Assembly (NCBI RefSeq): GCF_000143415.4
Contig: NW_003314323.1
Coordinates: forward strand, 252,499-316,498
Direction of reading: 5' to 3'
From: Selaginella moellendorffii
Lineage: Eukaryota; Plantae; Lycopodiophyta
DNA length: 64,000 nt
Shown: positions 49,987 to 62,034 of the stretch, one piece after another
How the letters are laid out: each line of letters opens with the position of its first letter
Position numbering within the stretch: position 1 is the stretch's first letter
Translations under genes and position numbers: made by a program
Notes under the pieces: model-generated
Databases searched by the model: none
Seen by the model: the letters and a program-made list of their open reading frames with translations, nothing else
What the model was told of the DNA's origin: nothing

Positions 49987-50633
49987 ATGGCTTCCACCGA
50001 CGCATTCAGTGGCGATGAGACGGCGCCCTTCTTCGGATTCATTGGCGCCGCGGCAGCTCTGGTCTTCTCGTGTAAGTTCTTGCCTCTCACCGCCATGGCT
50101 GGACTGGATCTAGGGTTGTGGTGCGTGTCTCGGCTGCGCGGCATTGCAATGCCTGAGCTTGGGCCATGGATTCGCCTTCCTGCGCGATTTCCTTGCCACA
50201 ATCCCGAGATTTCGATCCCAAAATTCCCCATTTTCTTATGGAATTTTCTTTGCAGGCATGGGAGCTGCCTATGGAACCGCAAAGAGTGGTGTTGGAGTGG
50301 CATCCATGGGCGTGATGCGGCCGGAGCTCGTGATGAAATCGATCGTGCCAGTGGTCATGGCTGGAGTGCTGGGAATCTACGGCCTCATCATCGCTGTGAT
50401 TATCAGCACGGGCATCAACCCAAAGGCAAAGTCCTACTACTTGTTCGATGGCTACGCTCATCTATCGTCCGGGCTGGCTTGCGGCCTCGCGGGTCTCTCG
50501 GCTGGAATGGCAATCGGGATTGTCGGTGACGCTGGAGTCCGGTAAGTTCGATCGATCAAAAGCCATCTTTTTCTTCGATATCTCCATTGATTGGTTTGTT
50601 TTTCTTTGCAGGGCGAATGCGCAGCAACCCAAG

Positions 50634-50671
<38 letters not shown>

Positions 50672-50741
50672 GGCTTTGGCTCTATACGGTCTCATTGTGG
50701 GAATCATCCTGTCGTCCCGAGCTGGCCAGTCGAGAGGGTAA
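49987..50741 (+). CDS. VHA-c: V-type H+-ATPase 16 kDa proteolipid subunit c; exons 49987-50071, 50256-50541, 50612-50741
   Basis: [22 protein letters not shown]|[59 protein letters not shown]. Confidence 0.98.
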
Positions 50742-50890
50742 GCACAGCAGCAGCAAGATTAAGGTGGTGCATAAGCCAGCATTTTAGCGCTTTTTTTTTT
50801 CTTCTTACTACCTGTATTATTACTATTCCTTCCAATAATCCTCGCTTTTCTCGTATGTTTTGAGCTGTCTCTCTCTCTTTTACGCTATGA

Positions 50891-52489
50891 ATGTCCAGGA
50901 GATCTAGCGGCTTCTTCGATGGCTTAATTCCATTCTATGTGAAGAAGATCCGGGCTTGTTCCAGCTCCAGAGATCTTTCGAGCTGCCAGGAACTCCACCG
51001 CGAGATTGTCAATCAGGGGCTCGGGAAGAACAGGCTGATCGCGAATCTCCTCGTGGGTTTGTATGGGAAGTGTGGCAGCGTCGAGGCAGCGGGGTGTGTC
51101 TTTCGAGAGATCGCGAATCCAAACGTTTTCTCCTGGAACATCTTGGCTGGAGCGTATGCCCAGAATGGGCATAGCGAGAAAGCGAAGGAGGTTTTTGACG
51201 AGATGCCGAGCAGGGATAGAGTGTCATGGGCGACGATCTTGACGGGTTATAGCGGCCATGGTCGGGAAGCAATGGAGATCTTCCAAGCAATGCCTCAGTG
51301 GGATATGGTTTCGAGCAATATCATTCTCACGACAGCTTCGCAAGGGCTGGATCTGGAGGAACTGAGAGCGCTGTTCCAGGCGATGCATCAAAGAGATGAG
51401 ATCTCCTGGACGGGAATCTTGAAACTTTATTCCGTGAATGATCGTTTCGAGGAAGCCAAGCTGGTGTTCTACCGGATGCCACAGCGAGATCTTGTGTGTT
51501 GGACTGTGATGATCTGCGGATATGCCCAGCGTGGGCATATGAATCTAGCTCGGGCAATGTTTCGAGCTATGCCGGAACAGGACGAAGTATCGTGGACTGC
51601 GATGATCCAGGCGTGTGTAAGTCGAGATTTGTTTGACGAAGCGAGGGAGATGTTCATGAGCATGCCCAGGCGAGGGATCGTTCACTGGAACGCGATGATC
51701 CAAGCCCATGTCGAGCGATTCAGAGTGGACGAGGCCGAGCGAATGCTCCACAAGATGGCACAGTGGGATGCTTTTTCGGGGACGATCATGGTGGCGGGGT
51801 TTGCCCAAGCTGGTCGACTCGATCGATCCATGGAAACGTTCCGAGCGATGCGTCGCAGGGTCTCTGTGACTTGGAACGCGATGGTTCACGGCTACGCACA
51901 GAACGGCGAGCTGGATCAGGCCCTGGAGACGCTGGAAAGGATGCCGCGGCACGATCTGGCGTCCTCGACTGGGCTCCTCACCTGGCTGGGGCGGCGCAAC
52001 ATGGCGGAGAAGGCCAGAGATCTCTTCGCCAGGATGCTCGTCCGGGATGATATCGCGTGGAACGCGATGCTCGAGGCGCTGGTGGCGAGTGGAAACATCG
52101 CCGAGGCGTGGGAGTTCTTTGTGGGGGCAATGCCGAGGGACCAAGTCTCGTGGAGCACAATGGTGGCGGGGTTTGCTCAGTGCGGGGAGTGGAGGCGATC
52201 GATCGAGCTGTTTGGAGAGATGCTCCAGAATGGTTTCCATGCCGATGGGATCGGCTTCGTGGGCGTGCTCACCGCGTGTAGCCATGCAGGGCTGGTCTCT
52301 TGTGCGTGCCAGTTCCTAGCTTCCATGCGCGTGGATCATGGAATCTCTCCAGAGCTGGATCACTACGGTTGCATTGCCGATGCGTTTGGACGAGCTGGGA
52401 ACGTGAAAGATGGGCTCGATCTCTTTGCCAACATGCCTGTTCATCCGGACGAGGTGGTGATCAAGTCATTGCTGGGACTATTGGATTGA
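50891..52489 (+). CDS. PLS-class PPR protein, intronless, ending within the E region
   Basis: LVGLYGKCGSVEAA; repeated D.VSW..M; VLTACSHAG; HYGCIADAFGRAG. Confidence 0.92.
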   Translation: MSRRSSGFFDGLIPFYVKKIRACSSSRDLSSCQELHREIVNQGLGKNRLIANLLVGLYGKCGSVEAAGCVFREIANPNVFSWNILAGAYAQNGHSEKAKEVFDEMPSRDRVSWATILTGYSGHGREAMEIFQAMPQWDMVSSNIILTTASQGLDLEELRALFQAMHQRDEISWTGILKLYSVNDRFEEAKLVFYRMPQRDLVCWTVMICGYAQRGHMNLARAMFRAMPEQDEVSWTAMIQACVSRDLFDEAREMFMSMPRRGIVHWNAMIQAHVERFRVDEAERMLHKMAQWDAFSGTIMVAGFAQAGRLDRSMETFRAMRRRVSVTWNAMVHGYAQNGELDQALETLERMPRHDLASSTGLLTWLGRRNMAEKARDLFARMLVRDDIAWNAMLEALVASGNIAEAWEFFVGAMPRDQVSWSTMVAGFAQCGEWRRSIELFGEMLQNGFHADGIGFVGVLTACSHAGLVSCACQFLASMRVDHGISPELDHYGCIADAFGRAGNVKDGLDLFANMPVHPDEVVIKSLLGLLD

Positions 52490-52519
52490 AAGAACAAAGA
52501 TGTATGGAAACGATAGAAA

Positions 52520-54058
52520 CTATAAGACCTTTAACCTTTGCAAGATCTTCGATGCCATCTTTAGCCCGATCCTGCGATGCGCTTCCAAAGAGATTTTCGT
52601 GGTGGACTTCTCAAGCTTGTCCAAAGACTTGAGACCTTGGATCTTGCACAATGCCTCACTGGACTCGCATAGAAGCCTCTTGAGGATCTCGCCTGTCAAG
52701 CCGTGGTTGACATCCATCCTTTCCTTTGCAACATCCATACTTTGCTTTGCAAGATTGAACTGTCGTTCCACTCTCCCTTGTTCCTCCTTTTGTAGCTTTT
52801 CTAGCTTGCGCAGTTCCACTTCCAAGACTAACCCATCCTTCTGGAGCCTGCCCTGCTTGAATTTGAGCTGCTCCAGTGCCGCTTCCTGGGTCTTGCAAAT
52901 GCTGAGGAGCTCCTCTCGCTGCTTATCCAATTTTTCCATTAGAAGATTGTTGAAGCGCGTTTGTTCGTCCAGCTCGTGCAGTCCCGCTTTCAGGACTATC
53001 ACATCCTCTTCGAGCCTGCATTGCAACGCCGCTTGCCTCTTGCACAAGCTGAGGAGCTCCTCTTGCTGCTTATCCATCTTTTCCATTACAAGACTGTTGA
53101 AGCTGGTCTGTTCCATCTTGTGCTGCTTGTGTTCCGCTTCCAGGACTATCACATCCTCTTCGAGCCTGCGTTGCAACGCCACTTGCCTCTTGCAAACGTT
53201 GAGGAGCTTCTTATCCATCTTTTCCATTACAAGACGGTTGAAGCTAGTCTGTTCCGTCTTGTGCTGCTTGTGTTCCGCTTCCAGGACTATCACATCTTCT
53301 TCAAGCCTGTCTTGCAGCGCGGCTTGCCTCTTGCAAATGTTGAGGAGCTCCTCTCGCTGCTTATCCATCTTTTCCATTACAAGACTGGTCTGTTCCATCT
53401 TCTGCTGCTTGTGTTCTGCTTCCAGGACTATCACATCCTCTTCGAGCCTGCCTTGCAACGCCGCTTGCCTCTTGCAAACGTTGAGGAGCTCCTCTCGCTG
53501 CTGATCCAACTTTCCCATTACAAGATTGTTGAAGCGCATATGTTCTATCTTGTGCTGCTCTTCCAGCTCGCGCAGTTCCGCTTCCAGGACTATCACATCC
53601 TCTTCGAACCTGCCTTGTCGCACCGTTTGCCTGAGGAACTCCTCTCGCTGCTTATCCATCTTTTCCACTACAAGACTGTTGAAGCTGGTCTGTTCCATCT
53701 TGTGTTGCTTGTGCTCCGCTTCCAGTACTATCACATCCTCTTCGAACCTGCCTTGCTCGATCTTCTGCTGCCACAGCGCCGCTTCCTGCCTCTTGCAAAC
53801 GCTGAGGAGCTCCTCCTGCTGTCTGTAGAAACTCCTCTGGCCCTCGTGCACGCGCTGCAGTTGCGTCTTGTGCAGCTCTTCCAGCTTGCGCAAGGCTGCT
53901 TGAACCTGCGCTGTGACATCCGCTCGGTGCTTCCCTTGCTCGATCTTGTGCTCCTCTTGAACCTTTTGCAGTGCCGCTTTCACGTCCGCATTCAAGGGAG
54001 GTGCTTTGCTCCTCCGGATCGCATCCGCCTCCAGCACCTGTTTGCACTGCTGCACCAT
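52520..54058 (-). CDS. Unknown coiled-coil protein with 6-7 tandem units of about 46-56 aa
   Basis: Open frame of more than 500 codons, E/K/Q/L-rich. Unit RLEEDVIVLEAEHKQHKMEQTSFNSLVMEKMDKQREELLNVCKRQAALQ. First ATG at 54058. Confidence 0.7.
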   Translation of the reverse strand: MVQQCKQVLEADAIRRSKAPPLNADVKAALQKVQEEHKIEQGKHRADVTAQVQAALRKLEELHKTQLQRVHEGQRSFYRQQEELLSVCKRQEAALWQQKIEQGRFEEDVIVLEAEHKQHKMEQTSFNSLVVEKMDKQREEFLRQTVRQGRFEEDVIVLEAELRELEEQHKIEHMRFNNLVMGKLDQQREELLNVCKRQAALQGRLEEDVIVLEAEHKQQKMEQTSLVMEKMDKQREELLNICKRQAALQDRLEEDVIVLEAEHKQHKTEQTSFNRLVMEKMDKKLLNVCKRQVALQRRLEEDVIVLEAEHKQHKMEQTSFNSLVMEKMDKQQEELLSLCKRQAALQCRLEEDVIVLKAGLHELDEQTRFNNLLMEKLDKQREELLSICKTQEAALEQLKFKQGRLQKDGLVLEVELRKLEKLQKEEQGRVERQFNLAKQSMDVAKERMDVNHGLTGEILKRLLCESSEALCKIQGLKSLDKLEKSTTKISLEAHRRIGLKMASKILQRLKVL

Positions 54059-55049
54059 CGCTCCGGAGTACCGACTACTTTTCCGGCTACACCCCAAATA
54101 TGGCTTTTCCGATTTAAAGGCGGGAGTTTTTGGCTCGACAAAGCTAAGTTAAATAAAATTAAGAAAACTTTATAAATTCTCATCCCAAAGAGGCAAATGT
54201 CCATCACGCTCGAGGAGCTCAGTGGACGAGTTCTATACGTCCCTGGCGGTAGCCAGCAGCTCCGTTATCTTCTACGCGCACAACTGCTCAGTGCCTGGCG
54301 AGGAAGTATGGAGCGGCAAGAGGGCGCATTCCATATTTTTCAGGGTGGACGGCCACGGATGCGCGCTGTTTGTGAGGTATTGCTGGCGGGAAACATAGTG
54401 TTCCAAAAGGAAAGAAAGAGAGATCTTCAAGCTCTAAAGGAAGTGGAGTGTAGAACTCTCCTCTCATATGAAGCACAGAAACACAAAATCAGGCACTTTC
54501 TGTAGGATAGGTACAGAGTTTTAAGGTATCCTTGGTAGCGTGACAAGGCTCGATGCTTCTCCTATGGAGGCGAGCAGAGTTTTAAGGTAACCTTGGAAGT
54601 GTTTCGAAATGACAGCTTGCTAACGACCTCTTGTACCTGCACTAGATTGGAGCTTCTCGAGTCTTGGTTTCTCTGAGGTTCACACTCATCAGCAATGCAG
54701 ATATTACCGCCCCAAAACACACACCTGAAATGTCGATTGTATTGCACACATCCAGTTATAATACGTATTTCTAGATGAAAGATAAACTTGCAATTGCTTT
54801 ATCCTCCAGTGTCGTGTCCTTTAAAAACTAAGCGACAGCCTCAAGAGCATACACAAGCCATTCCTGTTCAAGGATGGGTGTAAATACCATACTAGCAGCC
54901 AATATATGACTCCACAGTCAGCAACTCACTATGGAAGGAAACTATAGTTGGACAAAGCTCAGTGCTATAAAAATTTGCTCTAGTAAATTTTTTTTCCAGG
55001 CCACCTCATGTCTATAAAAGTTTTTCCCCCGCCACCTGCATGAAGCTGG

Positions 55050-55052
<3 letters not shown>

Positions 55053-55087
<35 letters not shown>
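55053..55087. repeat. (GA)n microsatellite
   Basis: Direct inspection. Confidence 0.95.
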
Positions 55088-55088
<1 letters not shown>

Positions 55089-55369
55089 ATGTGGAAGCCT
55101 CTCGACCACCTCCTAACTCTACATGGGAGAAAGAGCAAGTGCAAGCCTACATGGAAACTCTCCTGGAGGAGCAAAATTAACCCCTCAAAGGAACTGGAGG
55201 AGAGAAAGAGCAAGTGGAGGCCTACATGAAAACTCTCCTGGAGGAGCAAAATCAGCCACATGAAGGCCTAGGCCTTTAAAAAGTTTGAAGGACATGAAAG
55301 CTCAAAAGAAAAAAGTTAATTTAGTGTTATAAAAGTTTGCTCTACAAATTTATTTCCTTGTGTTCAATA

Positions 55370-55432
55370 AATTTATTTTCTTGATCATGTTCAATCTTAT
55401 CATAAGATTGAACATGATCAAGAAAATAAATT
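55370..55432. repeat. Perfect palindrome with 31-bp arms and a 1-nt spacer
   Basis: AATTTATTTTCTTGATCATGTTCAATCTTAT-C-ATAAGATTGAACATGATCAAGAAAATAAATT. Confidence 0.95.
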
Positions 55433-56659
55433 CTAGAAGCAAACTTCAACAGTAAACCATTTTACTCTTTTAAAAAAACAAAAGAGACACCATATATTAG
55501 ATTTAGCAATCCAAAGTTCACTAACAAAAGCTGAGAAAAAACTTGAAATCATTTTTTTGGTGAACAGTGAGTATGTCAAAGAAAATTTGGCAGGGAGTAA
55601 TATAGTTACTGTTCTATCTAAGAGTTGTAACTCAAATAGTAATGATACTATTCCCTGCCAATTTTTTATTTCATTTTCTCAAGAGAAAGAAAAATGAAAT
55701 AAAAAATTGCAAGAAAAAAGGCTCAACTAGTAACATGAGCAAAAACAGGAGCAACAACCAATTTGACTGTACAACCCCATTACCCCATCAATAATGTGGT
55801 GAGTTACTTCTACTTTAGCACATGTTCCTAAGTGCAGTGAGTTATTTCAACACTGTTCCTAGGGTTATTTTTGAAAACCCTCCAATACAATCATTGACCA
55901 GTTTTTTAATTAGTTTGAGTGGAGATTAATAGAGGATTTAGCAACACTAACCTCTTGCTGTTGTGGCAATAAAGAAAAAGAATATTCAAAAGGACTAACA
56001 AATATATAACTTTCAATACCAAGATCAACATCTTTGTTAAAGTATATTTTAGTCTAGAACACTGCTAAGGAAATAACTTTAAAAAAAGTTCACAATATTT
56101 ACATTTTGTGAAAAATGCACTAGCTTAAATGAGTTAGGAGGTAACTTCTTTCTCTGTGTTACTAATTTAGACACATTCTAACAATTGTTGACAAGGAAAT
56201 AACTAACAGAATTAGCCACTCTTGTTACTTTGGATGTCACTTAGCTTACAAAAATGTAATACACCCTTACTTGCAAAAATATAAATAGAGAAGTTAGAAG
56301 CCTCAACCATCTTGAGCAAAGAAATCAAACCCATCAGTAAAGTTTAGATAAATTACTATAAATAACCAGTTAAAGTTGTTTAAACTGTTTTTTAACGAAA
56401 TAAAGAGCATCCAGAGAGAGGCAAGTGATGTAACCATTTAACAATAGCTACTCTATAACTAAAGATTTTACCATGCACATGAAGTGCTAAATCCAATTTG
56501 CCTATACTGGCCCAAATTCAAATTCAAATATCAATAAACAGAAAATATCAAAGTCAAAAACAATAATATCTTAGAAACTTATTTATCAGTGAACAAATTT
56601 TAGATTAGAACATAAAAGTATTCCAACCATTTGAAAGATGGAATGCTTTGATCGATCAC

Positions 56660-57200
56660 AGGGTTAGCTTTTCTGATTATAGATTTAAAGCAACATCTTA
56701 AAATGTCTCACTCAATGTTATATAAGGGGGTCTTCATTGCTAGAGATACTCAAGTTCAATCTATTCCCAAGTTTTTAAAAGCTGTCAAAGGCAGTGTTGA
56801 TGTCAATTGTCAGAGCACCTGTTCCTGAAGGTTAGATTCGACATGCATGCACTATTGAAACCCTTCCCTGCATTGCAAAGAAGCTGTCTCAAGCCAAAGA
56901 AGCCGCTCTAAATTCATTTGTTTTTAATTATTCAAGCAGGTAAACTTGCGATTATATCTACCAAAGTTATCAACATTCGTCTTCTCCCAGCTAGCACGTG
57001 TCCTCGTATACGATCTATTTGGAATCGATCAAAACCTTCCTCTCACTTACAAAAACAAGGTTGAAGAAGTAATGAGCAATGACATCTTGGAAGCAGCAAG
57101 AAAACATCTTCATCCTGACTTAGAGCCAATTGTCATTGTTACTGATGCGAAGGTACTTGGGACTCAAATGCCACCTTTTGTGCAACTGCAAGGACGATAA
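56660..57200 (+). pseudogene. C-terminal fragment of an M16 (insulinase-like) peptidase
   Basis: LSQAKEAALNSFVFNY..LARVLVYDLFG..YKNKVEEVMSNDILEAARKHLHPD..IVIV resembles M16 C-termini (recalled similarity, no search run). Confidence 0.55.
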
Positions 57201-57619
57201 AGCTATGCGCAGGCAAGTATTATTTCTGCTTTGCCATCAGAGAGTGGCACAATGGAGGACTTGGATTCCTACTCACAGTCTTTGTAGACAGGTACTTGAA
57301 GAGTCTGGAGTATCCAGTGGCATGGGAGTATTGCAGCAGATGAAAGCTCGATCAAAGAGTAAAATTTCTTCTTGTGTTATGTTATCCTATGCCACTTATT
57401 CTCTAAACAGGTGCTTTCGCCAGGTCGTCGACGAGATGATGGAACGAAGCGTACTTCCGTGGCCGTCGTGTACCCGCAGGCCATGGGAGCAGCGAGGAGA
57501 TTTCTGTTTCAAAGCTTACCGGGTTCCTTTTGACACTCTATCTCCCGTCTCCTTCGGGTCGTAGTAAATCCTACTGAATTTTTTATACGATTCCTGTTGT
57601 CGGCTGGATCAAGAAGATC

Positions 57620-57890
57620 ATGAGCAGTCTCTCCTGAGCGGAAAATCTGGCTGGTGGATCGTCTCCTCGTTTTCACGCTCGGCCTCCTCGCTACGCCAGC
57701 TTATGACCAGGTTAGTAGCATCTCATCAATTACGTCTAGATCGAAGATAAAATAAGCTCTCATCTCAACTCGACAGGGTTCTTGAGCCTCGACTTACCCG
57801 ACGACACCCTTGAAGCTACAAACGATCTCGAATTGTTTCGGATTCCAGCGAGGCTCAACCTCGGAGTAGTTTCGGATTCAGATATCAGGT
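57620..57890 (+). pseudogene. Internally deleted remnant of a malectin-like LRR-RLK (signal exon and pieces of exon 2)
   Basis: CGTCTCCTCGTTTTCACGCTCGGCCTC, GGGTTCTTGAGCCTCGACT and AACCTCGGAGTAGTTTCGGATTCAGATATCAG match 62035-62720. Confidence 0.75.
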
Positions 57891-58238
57891 GTTTCTCAGA
57901 ATATTTGTGTTTCCTTTTCTCGAAAACGTTAGACTGAAAACCTGTTTTTTCTTTTCTTTTCTTTTTTGGTTTTTTGAACTGCACACAAGCTGTCTCAGTC
58001 GCAGCACATCCTTACGATATAATAAAGTTGCTCTTTTGATCAGAATTTTTCCCTCCTTATACATACTTAGACGTACTTGATGCTGGACGGAGTCTTGTGA
58101 GGCTCGTTTCAAAAGGTCTATTTTAATGCAAATGGACTTTCAGGAACATTTCAAAGCCTAGTCTCCTTGTAGTTAATTTTGCTATTAGCACAGGTCTCTC
58201 GAGAAGCAGGCTTGACCTAGGCTATCCCAAAAGAAAAA

Positions 58239-61200
58239 TGAATCGTCTCCTCCTCGTTTTGACGCTCGGTATCCTGGCCACACTGGACATCGTTCCAGCT
58301 CAACCGGGTTAGTCTCTCTCATGCATCACACAAAACGAGATCGTTTGAAGTAATCTCGTTTGATCTCAGGTTTCTTGAGCCTCGACTGTGGAGCTTTAGA
58401 CAGCCACACTGATGACAAGGGCATCAAATGGACACCCGACGACAAGTTCATCACCACCGGAGTTGCAGCCTCCGTTTCACGCTTGCTGAAAGCGAGCAGG
58501 AATGTCATCCTGCACCGCCTACGATATTTCCCAGACACCTCCCGGAAGCACTTGTATGCACTTCCGGTCTTGGTGGAAGAGAGCTACATAGTGAGCCCGA
58601 GGTTCTACTATGGAAACTACGACGGCCTGGAATCAAGTCTGGCGGAGTTTGACATCATGATCGGTGCGGCTGTTGTAAGTCACACCGTCGAGTTTGCGGC
58701 TTTCATCACGAACTCATAGTACCACGAAGACTGGCTTCCAAGGCTGCTGGATCTGTGCCTCGGAACCCGCTCCGCGTCACCGGCAAACATCCCATTCATC
58801 TCCGCGATCGGGCTCAGGAGGCTCCCTTCTGGAATGCGAGCAAGTGTTTAACCTCGGAGGGGGAGGAAGAAGCAAACCTGACCGCTCGCCTTTCCGTGGA
58901 CACAGAGAAGCCAGCTCCCCGGTTGGGCGTCGCGCCGTGCCTGTAGTCTCGGATTCAGATATCAACTCTTAAAACCTGTGGTTTGATCTCTCGAGCTCTT
59001 GACTACGATGGATATGGGAAGCTGATAGTTCTTACAAGGACATGAGAAACTATGAGCGGGTCAGCACCAACGCGACATTAACTGTAGGGATCTTCCCAAC
59101 AAGCCTGCCTTAGCAGTGATGCAGATCCAAATCCGTGATGATTTTCGAGTTTTCAGAAAAGCTCAAGGCGACAAAGTACTTATTTTGCAGCAGAGTGTTC
59201 GAGATCCAATTCAACACCAGCTCGCACTGGTTAAGACCACGGTCAACCTTAGGCCTAAGTGTTTTTTACACGTCCTTTGGATCTCGTCGCCACGCCAAAC
59301 TCCACCCTCGGTCCGATTCTTAATGCGGCTGATCTTTTCGAGTACAAAGGAAATCTTCTTCCAGGAACAGAACTCGACGATGGTGAGTCTAGATAGGAAC
59401 TTTTGTTGTTCGTGGAATATCCTGTTCTTTGCAGTGATAGCTACACGCGAAGTGATGAAGGATTTTAATCTGACTCTATGGTCTGGAGATCCATGCATGC
59501 CTGCTGCTTACACTTGGGCCTGGATCACTTGTGCCACAGGCATAATCCCGGCAAGGATCACTGAACTGTAAGATGTTTCTAACACATTGCTCAAATATCT
59601 ATGAGTTGCAGGAACCTGTCCAACCGTGGTCTCAAAAGCAACATATCCGGATCCATCAAAAAAGCTAGCACATCTAACAAAATTGTAATTTCCTGATTGA
59701 CACAGCTTTACCTTCTAGACCTCAATTGTGGTTCTTTCATCACTTTCATCAGATATCTGGATAACAATGCATTAACAGGCCCAGTTCCAAGTTTTAGCTC
59801 CTTAAAAAACCTCACGGTCCTGTGAGTTACTCTCTGCATTACTAGAAAAACTTCTAGAGCTTTTCATTTTTCAGGTTTAGAAACAACAGTTTGGATTGCA
59901 TACCACAGGAACGACAGTCTTCCTACAAGTCAGAATCCTTGTACCTTTTCGTACTCCTTTGATTTATCTTTTTTTTTTCCAGCGGTTCCAAGGTCGAAGC
60001 ATGCAAGATGCCCTAGAAAATCATCGGCAAGAAGAAAAGTAAAACGAAAATCATAATTGAAATAGCAGTACCATCTGTAGCGCTTCTGTTACTTTGAGCT
60101 GCAATCGCAGTATGATTGATCTCTCGAAGAACAATCAATAGACCAACAAGGCCAACAGAACAACAAGGTCAAGTCAAGTCAACGGAAGTCCAAGGCTTAC
60201 TCTAATTCTTATGGTTTCCAGCTCCACAGTCGCCAAACTCAAGCATTAGAAAGTTCACTTCCAGAGAAGTGATCAACACAACAAACAACTTCCAAAAGGT
60301 TGTGGGAGGAAGCTTTATTCTCTCAGTTGTGCACCACAGGAACCTGGTATCCTTCATTGGCTGGTCTAAACTTATCCTGGTCCATGAGTTTTTGTCACAT
60401 GGAACTTTAAGAGAGCATTTGTATGGTGAGTGAGCTTAATTCTATTTATCGTTCTGATAGATATTCCTCTTACAGTTACAAGTCGCCCAACATTGAGCTG
60501 GAAAACCAGGCTTCGAATCCCCTTAGATGCTGCTCAAGGTATATGAAGTTTTGAGTTGGCAAATTTGATAAGAAATGCTCTGTGAATCAGGATTGGACTA
60601 TTTGCATAACTCATGCAATCAACACATCATTCATCGAGATGTAAAGACAATCAACATACTTTGGAGCTTGCCAAGGTCAGCGACTTCGGCTTGTCCAAAT
60701 TTTATGATAGGAATTATGCCTCGCATGTTTCACTGATGTCAAAGGAACTCCGGGATATCTCGATCCAGAGTGAGTGAGCCCAGGAGATATAATTTTTTTT
60801 CCAACCATCATATAATATTCTGGTTTTGCTGCAGGTACCATTCCTACATCAGGCTAACAGAGAAATCAGACGTATACAGCTTTGGAATAGTACTGTTCGA
60901 GATTGTTTGCGCCCATGAGCCGGTCAGGTTATCGCTTCCAGAGGACCAGGTCGTGCTCTCGAAATGGGTAAGAACCTTGAGCGCCATTCAGATCTTTCGC
61001 TCTTCACTGCAAAGCTTTTTTTCTTCCTCCAGGCATGCAGAAAGCTCGAAAGAGGCAACCTGCAAAGTGTGGCAGACCCCAAGCTCTTAGGCTACAAGGA
61101 GCAAGCAGCATGGAGCTTGCAATGAAGTGCGTGGAGCGTTCTTCCGACAGGAGGCCCAACATGAGCATGGTCGTGGCCGGGCTGAGGGAGGCCATTCAGC

Positions 61201-61262
61201 TTGATGAGGAGGATGGAAGCTCTCTTGCACACTCTATGGTAGCTTTTAACAGCGGAAGATAA
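58239..61262 (+). pseudogene. Malectin-like LRR receptor kinase (LRR-I type) pseudogene
   Basis: GFLSLDCG; LRYFP; WSGDPC; LRR exons; kinase HRDVK, SDFGLSK, GTPGYLDPE, LTEKSDVYSFG, RRPNM. Many frameshifts, stops and deletions. Confidence 0.88.
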
Positions 61263-62034
61263 ATGCTAAATGCTGTTTGAATATTGATCCCAAGCATCTG
61301 CACGATGAATCAGCCAGCTTGACGGGCTGAGTGATCTGGTTTTCGCTATAGAAAACACAGGGTTTTGGCCAGTGGAAAAACGTGGAGATTACTAGGTTTC
61401 GTCATGATGATCATAGTGACAACGAGCATGGAGCAGGAAATGCTACCCATTCCAGAGGAAATTTTCCCCGTCGCCCGATTTTTCTTCAACCTGATTGTAA
61501 AAGGCAGAACCGGAAAAGTGATTGCCCTGTTTCTTATAATGTCGCGATGGTTCCGATATAAAACCAAAATAGTTCTCGCGGAAAATCTGGCTGGCTGACC
61601 ATCTCCTTCTCGTACACCCTCAGCCTCGGCTCCTCGCTATATGTTTCAGCCTAGCCAGGTTTGTCATCACTTGAAATATGTTGATTTTCGAAAGATACTT
61701 CCTCAACATGCCCTGTGCGGCTTTAATCGAACTTCTTGAAAAGCCGCGGTTGACGTTTTCCTGATGGATAGATTCGTCATGCACTAGTTTGAAGCCGAAG
61801 AAGCCGGTTAGAATTCTCTTGTTTTTACTAATCAATCATATTCTTCTCTGTATTAACCACAGTTTGAAAGAACTGGTCTCAACATTGACACTTCAAAGTC
61901 CACTCTTTCTCCTGTCCAGTACGTCGTGAAAATTCCCACTTGAATTTTTATATTATTTTCCTGTTGCGGTTGGCTAAGACCATGAGCATAGGGCTCCCGC
62001 TAGTAGTAGAGTCTCATCTCTTTCGAAAAGAGAA

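Noticed and set aside
52500-54175. Two long plus-strand ORFs (334 and 404 aa) opposite the coiled-coil gene
   Set aside because: Antisense shadows of a stop-poor tandem repeat.
54197-54505. 102-aa ORF divergent from the coiled-coil gene
   Set aside because: No recognisable motif or clear gene structure.
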